A DNA stretch of 64,000 bases from NCBI GenBank assembly GCA_009691445.1, contig SICL01000001.1:1738-65737 (forward strand), read 5' to 3'. The DNA is from Candidatus Taenariivivens baikalensis. GTDB lineage: Bacteria > Omnitrophota > Omnitrophia > Omnitrophales > Aquincolibacteriaceae. Under the pieces are notes generated by a model. It was not told where the DNA came from, did no database searches, and saw nothing but the letters and a program-made list of their open reading frames with translations. Shown here piece after piece: positions 1 through 8,769 of the stretch (position 1 is the stretch's first letter; each line of letters opens with the position of its first letter). The translations under genes and the position numbers were made by a program.

Positions 1-42
1 TCAGTTCCGTTGATTTCCGGCCGTCAGGTCGCACAGATCCTC

Positions 43-756
43 CTATTGGATTTTTAAAATTTTATGAAGACGAGGTACAATTCGCACATTAGGAATTTGT
101 CTCAGGGCATTTCGCTGCAACTCTTCAAGTAAGGCCATCAGTTCTTGATCCTGATGACCTTCCAGATCCCTCGATATTGGCTGAAGAACGAGCGGCGTTT
201 TTGGTGCAACATCTCGAATAATTCCAACCAGATCAAAAAATTCCTGATGAACAATTTCTTTAGAGAGGACTATCTTAACAAAAGTTTCCTGTTTTGTGGC
301 AATTTCCAAAAAGCGTCGGTGCTGTTCCCTGAAATCTTTTTCTTTGGTGACGCTCGGAGGTTTCATGTCCATCGCAATACAATCACAGAGATGCAAAACA
401 TCTTGAAGGGGCTGATGAAGAATTCCGTCTGTTTCCAGATAGGTTTTAAATCCCCGCAGTTTAAGATTTTTCAGGAGAGGTTTTAAAAAGGCGAGGTAAA
501 TAAGCGGCTCTCCCCCCGTGAGGCTGATGAAGGAATGCGGCCCTTTGTCTGTTTCGAGCGCCGTGACTTTTTCAAGTACGGAATTCTGAGTATGTAAGTG
601 GCCCACTTTATCCAGCTCATCACAATATTCGCAGTGGATATGACACTCTTCAAAACGGATAAAAATATGACGCTCGCCTAAATGAATTCCCTCGCCTTGA
701 AGGGAGGAGAATATTTCGGAAATGCGGCATTCGGAAGCGCTAGGAGGATATTTCAT
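43..756 (-). CDS. queE: 7-carboxy-7-deazaguanine synthase QueE (radical SAM); first ATG at 756, the ORF-track start at 792 is a GTG
   Basis: CxxxCxxC motif (CHIHCEYCD) and EIFSSLQGEG N-terminal motif typical of QueE; lies immediately downstream of queC. Confidence 0.85.
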   Translation of the reverse strand: MKYPPSASECRISEIFSSLQGEGIHLGERHIFIRFEECHIHCEYCDELDKVGHLHTQNSVLEKVTALETDKGPHSFISLTGGEPLIYLAFLKPLLKNLKLRGFKTYLETDGILHQPLQDVLHLCDCIAMDMKPPSVTKEKDFREQHRRFLEIATKQETFVKIVLSKEIVHQEFFDLVGIIRDVAPKTPLVLQPISRDLEGHQDQELMALLEELQRNALRQIPNVRIVPRLHKILKIQ

Positions 757-830
757 GGATTCAATAAGCAAAGCGCATAGCGCAAAGGGCACAGAGTAAA
801 AACAATTACCATTTTTTTCCTTTGGAAATC

Positions 831-1523
831 CTATGCTCCATGCGCTTTGCTCTCTGCCGCGGTGAGTGGATCCTTCACGCCCGCTTCAGAAAATCCCTTT
901 GCACGTAAGATACAGGAATCACATTCGCCGCAGGGCTTTTCTTTTCCAGCGTAACAGGACCAGGTTTTTTCAAAGGGAACCTTGAGTCTAAGTCCAAGTT
1001 CTACGATTTCCTTTTTACTCATCTGAAGAAGAGGTGTTTGGATTTTAATCGGATGCTTTTCGACCCCGGTTTTAGTTCCCTTCGCGATCATGTCTTGAAA
1101 AGATTGAATGTATTCTGGCCGGCAGTCTGGGTATCCGCTGTAATCAAGGGCATTGACGCCTATCACGACAGAGCATGCTCCTTTGGCTTCAGCGCAAGAA
1201 GAGGCCAATGAAAGCAAAATAGTGTTCCTAGCTGGGACATAAGTTGCCGGGATATCCTTCATCTCAGATTCTGCGCGTTCGGTCGGTAGAAGAATATTGG
1301 GATCCAGCAACGCACTCCCTTTCCAGGGAAGATTAAATTTTAGATGATAATGAAGAATTTGAAGCTCATACGCGTGCGAGGAGGCAATCGTGATTTCCTT
1401 CCGATGAAGCTGCCCATAGTCCACGGTCAAGGCAATGATTTGCTGGCCTTGTTCACGTGCGAGGTAAAGACAAACGGTTGAGTCTAACCCCCCTGAGTAT
1501 AAACAGACAATTTTATTCGGCAT
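831..1523 (-). CDS. queC: 7-cyano-7-deazaguanine synthase QueC
   Basis: SGGLDS PP-loop motif and C-terminal Zn-binding CGECDSC; start moved to MPNKIV. Confidence 0.9.
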   Translation of the reverse strand: MPNKIVCLYSGGLDSTVCLYLAREQGQQIIALTVDYGQLHRKEITIASSHAYELQILHYHLKFNLPWKGSALLDPNILLPTERAESEMKDIPATYVPARNTILLSLASSCAEAKGACSVVIGVNALDYSGYPDCRPEYIQSFQDMIAKGTKTGVEKHPIKIQTPLLQMSKKEIVELGLRLKVPFEKTWSCYAGKEKPCGECDSCILRAKGFSEAGVKDPLTAAESKAHGA

Positions 1524-2322
1524 GACGCACCACTTTAACATAGCTGAGGCGCTCCCCAAGGAACTTTTCTCCCACCCGGATAAAATTCCTCGGTTGATCG
1601 CTCACGTAAACCTTAAAAGACGGCTTCTGATCGGGGTGAGCTAAAAGCTTTTGACTGTTGAGAGACTCGACCAATTTTTCCACGGTTGATTGGGCTGAAT
1701 TCACCAAGCGGACTTTGGACCCCATAAAATTTCGTATGAGAGATTCCAGCAAAGGATAGTGAGTGCATCCAAGCATGAGAACATCTACCTTTTTTTGTTT
1801 AATGGGCTCCAGATAATGCTTCACAATCTGTTCACAGATCGAGCCCTCCGTCCATCCCTCCTCCACCATGGGTACGAACATAGGACACGAGCGCGAGTAA
1901 ACCTCCAGATTAGGATTCAGTTTTGTCAGTTTTTTTTCGTAGGCCCCGGTGTCCACGGTTGCCTGGGTGGCAATGACACCGATTCTTCCGGTTCGGGTAA
2001 GTTTGACGGCCTCCCGGGTCGCGGGTTCAATCACATCAATGACAGGAATGGATACCTTTCGTTTAATCACCTGATAGGCGGCGCTGGAAGATGAGTTGCA
2101 GGCGATGATCAAAGTTTTAATTTGATGCTGGAGCAGAAAATTTGTGTTTTGGAGAGAGAACTGAATAATCTGTTTATGGGATTTAATGCCGTACGGAAGT
2201 CTTGCTAAATCGCCGAAATAAACAATCGATTCTTGAGGGAGAACACGGCGGATTTCTTTGACAATCGTAAGGCCGCCAAGACCGGAATCAAAGACGCCTA
2301 TCGGATCTTTTGCCACTTTCAT
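1513..2322 (-). CDS. murI: glutamate racemase
   Basis: VFDSGLGGLT N-terminus, IACNSSS and GCTHYP motifs. Confidence 0.9.
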   Translation of the reverse strand: MKVAKDPIGVFDSGLGGLTIVKEIRRVLPQESIVYFGDLARLPYGIKSHKQIIQFSLQNTNFLLQHQIKTLIIACNSSSSAAYQVIKRKVSIPVIDVIEPATREAVKLTRTGRIGVIATQATVDTGAYEKKLTKLNPNLEVYSRSCPMFVPMVEEGWTEGSICEQIVKHYLEPIKQKKVDVLMLGCTHYPLLESLIRNFMGSKVRLVNSAQSTVEKLVESLNSQKLLAHPDQKPSFKVYVSDQPRNFIRVGEKFLGERLSYVKVVRHAE

Positions 2323-2337
2323 AAAATTGATTTCAAA

Positions 2338-2694
2338 TTATTCTTCGTCTTCATCCTCGGTTTCTTTGTCATCATCGTCTTCCTCGTCGTCATCTTCTTC
2401 ATCTTCTTCAGCTTCTTCTTTGTCATCATCGTTCTCTTCATCCTTACCCAGATCTTTTTCGTCGTCAATCAAACAGAGAACGTCACCGCGGGGAACTGTT
2501 TCGCCTTCATCAAAATAGACTTCAGCAAGAACACCTGAGGCGATGGCGGGAATTAAAAGGGTTCCATCCCCTGTGGAAAGCTGAACCAGTTCATCGCCTT
2601 TATTCACCCGGTCTCCTTCTTCAAAAAACCAGTTTTGGAGGGTTGCTTCCTCAATTTGTGCCGCCAAACCTTCGAGAACAATTTCCTTCATCAT
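2338..2694 (-). CDS. lipoyl/biotinyl-domain-like protein lacking the modifiable lysine, with a poly-acidic C-terminal tail
   Basis: Aligns with E2 lipoyl domains (EGDRVNKGDELVQLSTGDGTLLIPA versus VKVGD..SLITVEGDKASMEVPA), with K replaced by G; 40-residue D/E-rich tail. Confidence 0.6.
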   Translation of the reverse strand: MMKEIVLEGLAAQIEEATLQNWFFEEGDRVNKGDELVQLSTGDGTLLIPAIASGVLAEVYFDEGETVPRGDVLCLIDDEKDLGKDEENDDDKEEAEEDEEDDDEEDDDDKETEDEDEE

Positions 2695-2712
2695 AATCGT
2701 GCCCTTTGTGCG

Positions 2713-3573
2713 TTAAATAGAGTTTAGAAAAGTTTCGCCGGCGTGGTAGGAGCTGCGGACATTGGGCCCCGCAAACACTTCGCGGAATCCAAGTTCTTTA
2801 AGCTCAACCGCCAGTTGGTTAAAAGTATCGGGATGAATATATTCCTGAACCGGTAAAAAATCTTTTCCCGGAGGAAGGTATTGACCCAAGGTCAGGATAT
2901 CACAACCCGTGGCTACTAAATCTCGGCCGGCGGTGATGATTTCTTGATAAGTTTCTCCGAGGCCGAGCATCAATCCGCTTTTTGTTGAGATTGATGCGTC
3001 CAGACGCTTGACGGTTCGCAAAACTTCCAGAGAGCGTTGATAACTTGCCTGGGGACGAATAAGTTTTTGAAAACGCTCCACACTTTCAAGATTATGGTTA
3101 TAAACGGTCGGATGAGCCGTCACGATGAGTTGAATTAACTCTTCACGGGCATGAAAATCCGGAGTGAGGACTTCGACTTGAACTCCAGGAATCGCTTCTT
3201 TAAGAGCTGTCACGGTACGGGCAAAATGGGTGGCGCCTTCATCTTTAAGATCGTCGCGGGCCACGGAAGTCAGCACGACGTATTCCAGATTCATTTCCCG
3301 GGCGGCTGAGGCAACGCGTGCAGGTTCATCTTCCTGAACAGACTCCGGCTTTCCGGTTGGGATGGCACAAAATCCGCAGCGGCGCGTGCAGGTATTTCCT
3401 AGAAGCATGAAAGTCGAAGTGCCGTGCGAGTAGCATTCATTGCGGTTGGGGCAGAGCGCGGATTCACAAACCGTATTTAATTCGTGACGTTCTAGAATGT
3501 TGTGAGTTTTTTCCGCAGAATAAACAGAAACGGAACGTCTGAACCATTCGGGAAGTCGTTTGTGCTGAGTCAT
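2713..3573 (-). CDS. lipA: lipoyl synthase
   Basis: Two Cys clusters (CESALCPN..C, CTRRCGFC) and overall LipA architecture. Confidence 0.92.
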   Translation of the reverse strand: MTQHKRLPEWFRRSVSVYSAEKTHNILERHELNTVCESALCPNRNECYSHGTSTFMLLGNTCTRRCGFCAIPTGKPESVQEDEPARVASAAREMNLEYVVLTSVARDDLKDEGATHFARTVTALKEAIPGVQVEVLTPDFHAREELIQLIVTAHPTVYNHNLESVERFQKLIRPQASYQRSLEVLRTVKRLDASISTKSGLMLGLGETYQEIITAGRDLVATGCDILTLGQYLPPGKDFLPVQEYIHPDTFNQLAVELKELGFREVFAGPNVRSSYHAGETFLNSI

Positions 3574-3609
3574 AATGGGCGTGTTTGTATCAAAAAAAGC
3601 ACAGAGGTG

Positions 3610-4275
3610 TCAAGGATTTGGTTTCCCGTCAAGGAGTTCACGCGGAAAACCAATATCCAGAATGAAAAGCTCGCCCAAAAACAGAGCGGCGTGATCAAAA
3701 GAGAAACCTTTTTTCGGGAGTCCAAGAGTCGCTGTCCATGATGCTTTGATAGATTCCGGGAGTCCTTTTCCCGTATCCGCGTCCATTCCCGAAGGGATGT
3801 CGATCGAAAAGATCTTCTTTCCGGATTTATTGAGTTTCTGGATCAGGATAAGAAGATCTCCGGAAAGCGGACGGCTCAAGCCGATGCCAAACAAGGCATC
3901 AACAATAAGATCGGCTTCGGAAATCCAGGCATCAAAATCCTTACTCACAGCGGGGATCGTCATCTTTTGTAGGATTTCAAAATTAACCCGGCTTTCCGGA
4001 CTGAGCTCCTGAGGATTTCCGGTCAGCCAGCATGAAACTTCATATTCCCGGTTCCAAAGATGCCGCGCTAAAACAAAGCCGTCTCCCCCGTTATTTCCCT
4101 TTCCGCAGAGAATATGGATTTTTTTAACGGTGAGATTTTCCTTGCGGAGCAGAGCTGAAAGCAAGTCCGCACATCCACGGCCGGCATTTTCCATCAATAT
4201 CAAGGACGAGATTCCGTATTCTTCAGCAGTTTTCCGGTCCAGAGCGCGCATTTCCTCGGAAGTGACAAACTTCAT
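3610..4275 (-). CDS. nnrE: NAD(P)H-hydrate epimerase (YjeF N-terminal domain only)
   Basis: GKGNNGGDG motif and YjeF_N fold. Confidence 0.75.
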   Translation of the reverse strand: MKFVTSEEMRALDRKTAEEYGISSLILMENAGRGCADLLSALLRKENLTVKKIHILCGKGNNGGDGFVLARHLWNREYEVSCWLTGNPQELSPESRVNFEILQKMTIPAVSKDFDAWISEADLIVDALFGIGLSRPLSGDLLILIQKLNKSGKKIFSIDIPSGMDADTGKGLPESIKASWTATLGLPKKGFSFDHAALFLGELFILDIGFPRELLDGKPNP

Positions 4276-5783
4276 AACAGAAGCGAGGCAGTAAAGGTCT
4301 CGTGATGGAGTGAGTCTAAATGAACCTGGACGAATGATCCGATCTTATCGGGAGGAGCTTTGACGGTTACGCGCTTCTCATTATCGGAGCGTCCAATGAG
4401 GAAGCCCGGGTGGCGGGAGCTTTGAGATTCCAGAAAAACATGTGTCGTTTTCCCAACCCAACTCTGATTGCACTCCACGGTTATTTTTCTTTGAAGTGTG
4501 AGAAGCTCCGCGTTTCGTTTTTCTTTGATCTCTTGCGGCACATCGTCAGGAAGTTTGGCAGCCGGAGTTCCCGGACGAAGAGAATATTTATAGATGTAAG
4601 CACCGTCGTAGCGAATAGCTTCCAGAGCCTTCATCGTCTCTTCGTGATCCTGATCTGTTTCTCCGCTGAAGCCCGCAATAATATCGGTGGTAAGAGAGAT
4701 ATCCGGAACCAGACTTTTCAGCCGCGCGAGCTTTTCTTTATACTCATCAAAGGTGTGAAGGCGTTTCATCCGCTTAAGCATATTGTTCGATCCTGATTGG
4801 AGCGGCAAATGAAAGCGCCGGGAAATCTTGGAATTCTTTTTAATCACCTGAAAGAGTTCTTCGGTTGCGTCGTGAGGATGCGAGGTGGTGAAAGAAATCC
4901 GTTCAAGTCCTTTGATTTCGCAGAGCATGTCGAGAAGAGCGGGAAAACCAGTCGGCAGGAAGCTGTCGGCAGTAGGCACGGCGACTTCATTCTGCAGACT
5001 GCTTACTGCCTCCTGCTTACTGCCTACTGTAACTTCCGCTCCGTTGTAACTATTCACATTCTGCCCCAACAGCGTAATCCACTGAACGCCTTCTTCGACC
5101 AGCCTCGACGCCTCCCGGTAAACATCCCGGGCTTTCATCGAAACTTCACTGCCGCGCGTAATCGGAACAATACAAAAGGTGCAGACTTTATTACAGCCCG
5201 TCATAATCGGAAGCCAAGCGTGATATTTTCCGGTTCTCTGGATTTGATCCGTGTACTCAATCGAGATACCGTCCTGCTTAATGCTGGAGACTTGGGTGCG
5301 GCGTTCGCGGACAGTCTTGATAAGGTCAGGAAGTTCTTTGAGATTGCGTGTGCCGACCATCAAATCGAGGTGAGGATATTTTTTAAAAAGTTTTTCCCGG
5401 TGCTCCTCAACCATGCATCCCATCAGCCCGATAATCAAATCCGGATTCGTTTCCTTAGCCTTCTTGAGCATCCCCATTCGGCTCTGCACCCGTTCTTCCG
5501 CGTGTTCCCTTACCGAGCAGGTATTCATGAGCACAATGTCAGAATCAATCCGCCGCCAATCTTTCTTCTTTTGTCTGTCATTGCGAGGAGTTTCCAGCGA
5601 CGAAGCAATCTGAGATTGCTTCACTTCGTTCGCAATGACGGATGACTCTTCATCCTCATGCTCATGCGCAATCTCATACCCCTGATGCTTCAGAATCCCC
5701 GACGCCACTTCCGTGTCATAGACATTCATCTGACAGCCAAAGGTCTTTATGGTGACTTTTAGTGGTTTATCTTGTTTATTCAT
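4272..5783 (-). CDS. miaB: tRNA methylthiotransferase MiaB carrying two in-frame repeat-derived insertions
   Basis: MTTase N-terminal domain (FGCQMN), radical SAM CNKVCTFC, C-terminal TRAM domain; about 55 extra residues in two loops. Confidence 0.88.
   Translation of the reverse strand: MNKQDKPLKVTIKTFGCQMNVYDTEVASGILKHQGYEIAHEHEDEESSVIANEVKQSQIASSLETPRNDRQKKKDWRRIDSDIVLMNTCSVREHAEERVQSRMGMLKKAKETNPDLIIGLMGCMVEEHREKLFKKYPHLDLMVGTRNLKELPDLIKTVRERRTQVSSIKQDGISIEYTDQIQRTGKYHAWLPIMTGCNKVCTFCIVPITRGSEVSMKARDVYREASRLVEEGVQWITLLGQNVNSYNGAEVTVGSKQEAVSSLQNEVAVPTADSFLPTGFPALLDMLCEIKGLERISFTTSHPHDATEELFQVIKKNSKISRRFHLPLQSGSNNMLKRMKRLHTFDEYKEKLARLKSLVPDISLTTDIIAGFSGETDQDHEETMKALEAIRYDGAYIYKYSLRPGTPAAKLPDDVPQEIKEKRNAELLTLQRKITVECNQSWVGKTTHVFLESQSSRHPGFLIGRSDNEKRVTVKAPPDKIGSFVQVHLDSLHHETFTASLLL
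5601..5640. repeat. dispersed hairpin repeat copy A (inside miaB, in-frame)
   Basis: CGAAGCAATCTGAGATTGCTTCACTTCGTTCGCAATGACG. Confidence 0.8.
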
Positions 5784-5848
5784 AAGTAATTAAATCCATT
5801 TTCTTTGAATTTCTTAACGACTGCCAACCGATGAATATATATGCTTCA

Positions 5849-6742
5849 TTATCTGACTCTTTCACAATATTCGGATTTGAAATCAGGCCAAAAATTTTTT
5901 ACCAATAACCAACCGAGATGCGTAAGGTGAGAAGCCCAACTAAGATAATCGTATCCTTCTGGCTTTCGAGTACTATTAAAATGCGTCCAGAGCATTCGTT
6001 TTTTAAGTAATTCTTGTATTGTCAGCTGGAACATCAGAATAGCATCTTCACCGTAGTCTCCTTTAAAAAAAGGAGGGATATTCCCTTCCAATTCACCCTT
6101 TTCATTATAACGCCCAAATAATCCTGGCTGCCCTTTTGCCATTTCAGGGTTTTGGTAGAGTACAGCGTAATGGTGAATCGTTCGAATGGCGTCTGTCGTT
6201 AAGCCTTCCGAAACTTGGGTCACGTACTTTTTCCGCTCCTCTTCAAGATGTTCAGCGGCAGCCAACAGTGCGTCTTTAATTTTGTCAATATTTCCATCGG
6301 GATTATAAAGAATCGCTCGATTTTCTTTTATATCAAAATGCAGTTCCTCTAAAGAATGTTGAGTAATCAAAATAATTTGAGAAGTAGGCTTAAATGCCAT
6401 TGCAATGCCAGTTTCAATTAGTACGCCCGCATTACCATCAGTCAAATCCGCAACGAAGAAATGTGAAGCTAAGATTTTTTTAACGATATCTTCAGTTATG
6501 ACATTTGCTGTGCCAGGGATATCCAATGTGTTGTCCGGAGGCAAGAAAGCCTTGATCTCTTCACTCCTCTCGTCATCCGCCGACTTAGCTGCTTTTCTAA
6601 GAACCTTTTCCAGTATTTCTTTTGGGTGATAACTAAAACGGTCGGCCAAAGGCATAGCGACAAAGGTAGAATAAGCATCGGCAGAAAATTTTTCTGCGAG
6701 CGCCTCGTCCCTATAATTTGTGTAAATAATTTCAGGATTCAT
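5849..6742 (-). CDS. hypothetical protein with an N-terminal nucleoside 2-deoxyribosyltransferase-like (Rossmannoid) domain and an unknown C-terminal domain
   Basis: FVAMP...FFVADLTDGNAGVLIETGIAMAF matches the NDT-family D.G...E.G.A signature; the W/H-rich C-terminal 130 aa is unrecognised. Confidence 0.55.
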   Translation of the reverse strand: MNPEIIYTNYRDEALAEKFSADAYSTFVAMPLADRFSYHPKEILEKVLRKAAKSADDERSEEIKAFLPPDNTLDIPGTANVITEDIVKKILASHFFVADLTDGNAGVLIETGIAMAFKPTSQIILITQHSLEELHFDIKENRAILYNPDGNIDKIKDALLAAAEHLEEERKKYVTQVSEGLTTDAIRTIHHYAVLYQNPEMAKGQPGLFGRYNEKGELEGNIPPFFKGDYGEDAILMFQLTIQELLKKRMLWTHFNSTRKPEGYDYLSWASHLTHLGWLLVKNFWPDFKSEYCERVR

Positions 6743-7026
6743 TCGTCAGTACTTTCAGAACACCTTCTGCCAAAGCGCAGGAAACAAGTATTGCATTCGA
6801 AATATGATGGTCATCCGAAAGTTTTGATGGTGATTCGCAATGGCCTGCGGATTACGGGACGGCGTCCCAAAGGGAGGGATTAGATACGCTTACCCTTCCC
6901 TCCCGGACGGCGCCCAATAAACTCACATATTTGTTAAAAGTTTAAACGAGTTTTGAGAAAAAGAGCAGGCCGACAACGGCTGATCTTTACGCATCATGAA
7001 AAAGCAATCCAGAATGTGACGATCGG

Positions 7027-7410
7027 TTATTCAGTGGAGGTCGAAACACTTGTCTCGGTTGCAACCAGCGCCGTTTTTTGTTCTTCATCATGAGCGGGCT
7101 TTTTTCCTCTTGGAATTTCCACTTCGTTGACCAGGATAAGGTCTTTGTCATATTTTAGAAGCCGGGGACCAGATTTCAGGACCACTCCTCCGTCAGACGT
7201 CGCGACCAGCGAATCCTGGGGCATCATTCCCATCATTTTATGTTTCATTCCCTGACCGCCCCCACCCATCATCATGCCTTGCCCCTCACCTTGATTTTGA
7301 GCGGGCGCGGAATCGTTCTCCATTCCCTGAGTTTCTTCGGCAAACACCAAAGCTCCCGACGCGATAGATAGTCCCATACCAACCACCAACACTAGAATTC
7401 GACTCTTCAT
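7027..7410 (-). CDS. secreted Met/Gly-rich small protein (possible periplasmic Cu(I)-binding protein)
   Basis: Signal peptide MKSRILVLVVGMGLSIASGALVFA followed by GMMMGGGGQGMKHKMMGMMP. Confidence 0.55.
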   Translation of the reverse strand: MKSRILVLVVGMGLSIASGALVFAEETQGMENDSAPAQNQGEGQGMMMGGGGQGMKHKMMGMMPQDSLVATSDGGVVLKSGPRLLKYDKDLILVNEVEIPRGKKPAHDEEQKTALVATETSVSTSTE

Positions 7411-7447
7411 ATCATTCTCCTTTGTTTGAAAAAGCAATCTTCAACCG

Positions 7448-8515
7448 TTAAAGGACTTTTACTCTTTTCATCGCGTCTTTGATGCGGGAGAGTCCTTCTT
7501 CGATTTGTTTGATGTCGAGGGCGTAGCTCAGGCGGATCCGGTCGGGAGCGCCGAACCACTCGCCTAAATACGTGATGACTTTGTAATCCTGATAAAGAAC
7601 GGTCAGGAATTCGCGGGCATTTTTGCATTTGGGCAGGACATAAAAGGCTCCCTCAGGTTTCCAGAGATCAAAACCGAGATCGGTCAGGCCTTTAAAAATC
7701 AAATCACGGCGCTGGCGCCAAATCTGCTGCTCTTTCTGGATATATTCTCTCGGAGTTTTCATCGCCGCAAGAGCCATGTCCTGCCCGATCAAATTCGTGT
7801 TCATGGACGAATGCGTTTTGATTTCGCAGACATCTTCCACGATTTTTTTATCGGCACTCCATAAATAACCCACGCGCAGGCCGCACATGCAGTATGTCTT
7901 GGAAAAAGAATTAATCGTAATGACATGATTTCCTTCAATGTGATAATTCTCACGTTCATAGATCAAGTCCTTGTAAACTTCATCCGAGACGACATAGACA
8001 CCAAGCTGCTGGGTAACTTTCTGGATCTCCTTAAGCGTTTCGATCGCTTCCACGCATCCGGTAGGATTCGACGGTGAATTAATTAACACCGCTTTACAGC
8101 CCTTTATCTTTTTATGAAAGTCGCCAAGGTCAATGCGGCCTTCGACGAGATCCGTAAAAACCGGAACCATGCCTGCCATTTCTATAATAGGTAGGTAGGA
8201 ATAATAGTAAGGACGCGGCAACAGAACCTTTTGCCCCTTGCCCCAGCTTCGAAAGATCAGGTCGAGGGCTTCGGACGCCCCGTTGGTAATGACAAAGTTT
8301 TCAGCAGTCGAACCAGGATATTCATACGTGAGCGCTTCGCGAAGTTTGAGTTCCCCTTGAATCAGTCCGTAACGGAGGTCGCGCTTAAGATCAATGCCTT
8401 CAAAGGCTTCCTTGGGAGGTGGAAGGTCAGGCTGTCCGGAGCCAAAACTGATCACACCCGGCCCTTGTTTTCCAATAAAATCGGCGGGACTTTTTAACTT
8501 TAGAATTTCTGACAT
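7448..8515 (-). CDS. pyridoxal-phosphate-dependent aminotransferase, class I
   Basis: NSPSNPTG and SFSKTY (PLP lysine) motifs; GGAG-type SD 9 nt before the ATG at 8515. Confidence 0.85.
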   Translation of the reverse strand: MSEILKLKSPADFIGKQGPGVISFGSGQPDLPPPKEAFEGIDLKRDLRYGLIQGELKLREALTYEYPGSTAENFVITNGASEALDLIFRSWGKGQKVLLPRPYYYSYLPIIEMAGMVPVFTDLVEGRIDLGDFHKKIKGCKAVLINSPSNPTGCVEAIETLKEIQKVTQQLGVYVVSDEVYKDLIYERENYHIEGNHVITINSFSKTYCMCGLRVGYLWSADKKIVEDVCEIKTHSSMNTNLIGQDMALAAMKTPREYIQKEQQIWRQRRDLIFKGLTDLGFDLWKPEGAFYVLPKCKNAREFLTVLYQDYKVITYLGEWFGAPDRIRLSYALDIKQIEEGLSRIKDAMKRVKVL

Positions 8516-8519
8516 GGTC

Positions 8520-8700
8520 ACTCCATCCAATAAATAGTCCATAGTCGACAGTCCATAGACCACAGACAAGTCAAAAGGAAAAACTGTAGACTATGGTCTG
8601 TGGATCGTGGACTGCCTGTGAATTCCGACATTGTACATTCCCTGCCATCCCAGCACAAGACCGTTACCTTACTGCCCTTCCTTATAAGTACTTTTGATCA
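8520..8700. promoter_or_regulatory. repeat-rich divergent promoter region between the aminotransferase and GGDEF-EAL genes
   Basis: TCCATAG direct repeats and GTCTGTGG inverted segments; paired palindromes TGATCACGAGTGATC and TGATCTTTGAGGATCA. Confidence 0.35.
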
Positions 8701-8769
8701 CGAGTGATCTTTGAGGATCATGTTTATCTTTGCCTCGCTTTTTCTCTTTGGGTGTGGTAACTTTTTTAC

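Noticed and set aside
793-830. preQ1 riboswitch upstream of queC or queE
   Set aside because: queC and queE follow murI with no or tiny intergenic gaps; there is no room for a riboswitch aptamer here.
2258-2518. Plus-strand ORF encoding a poly-serine protein (SSSSSVSLSSSSSS...)
   Set aside because: It is the antisense reading of the GAA/GAT-rich codons for the acidic tail of the minus-strand lipoyl-like protein, a low-complexity artefact.
4797-5645. 282-aa plus-strand ORF
   Set aside because: Entirely antisense to the well-supported miaB gene; no domain signal.
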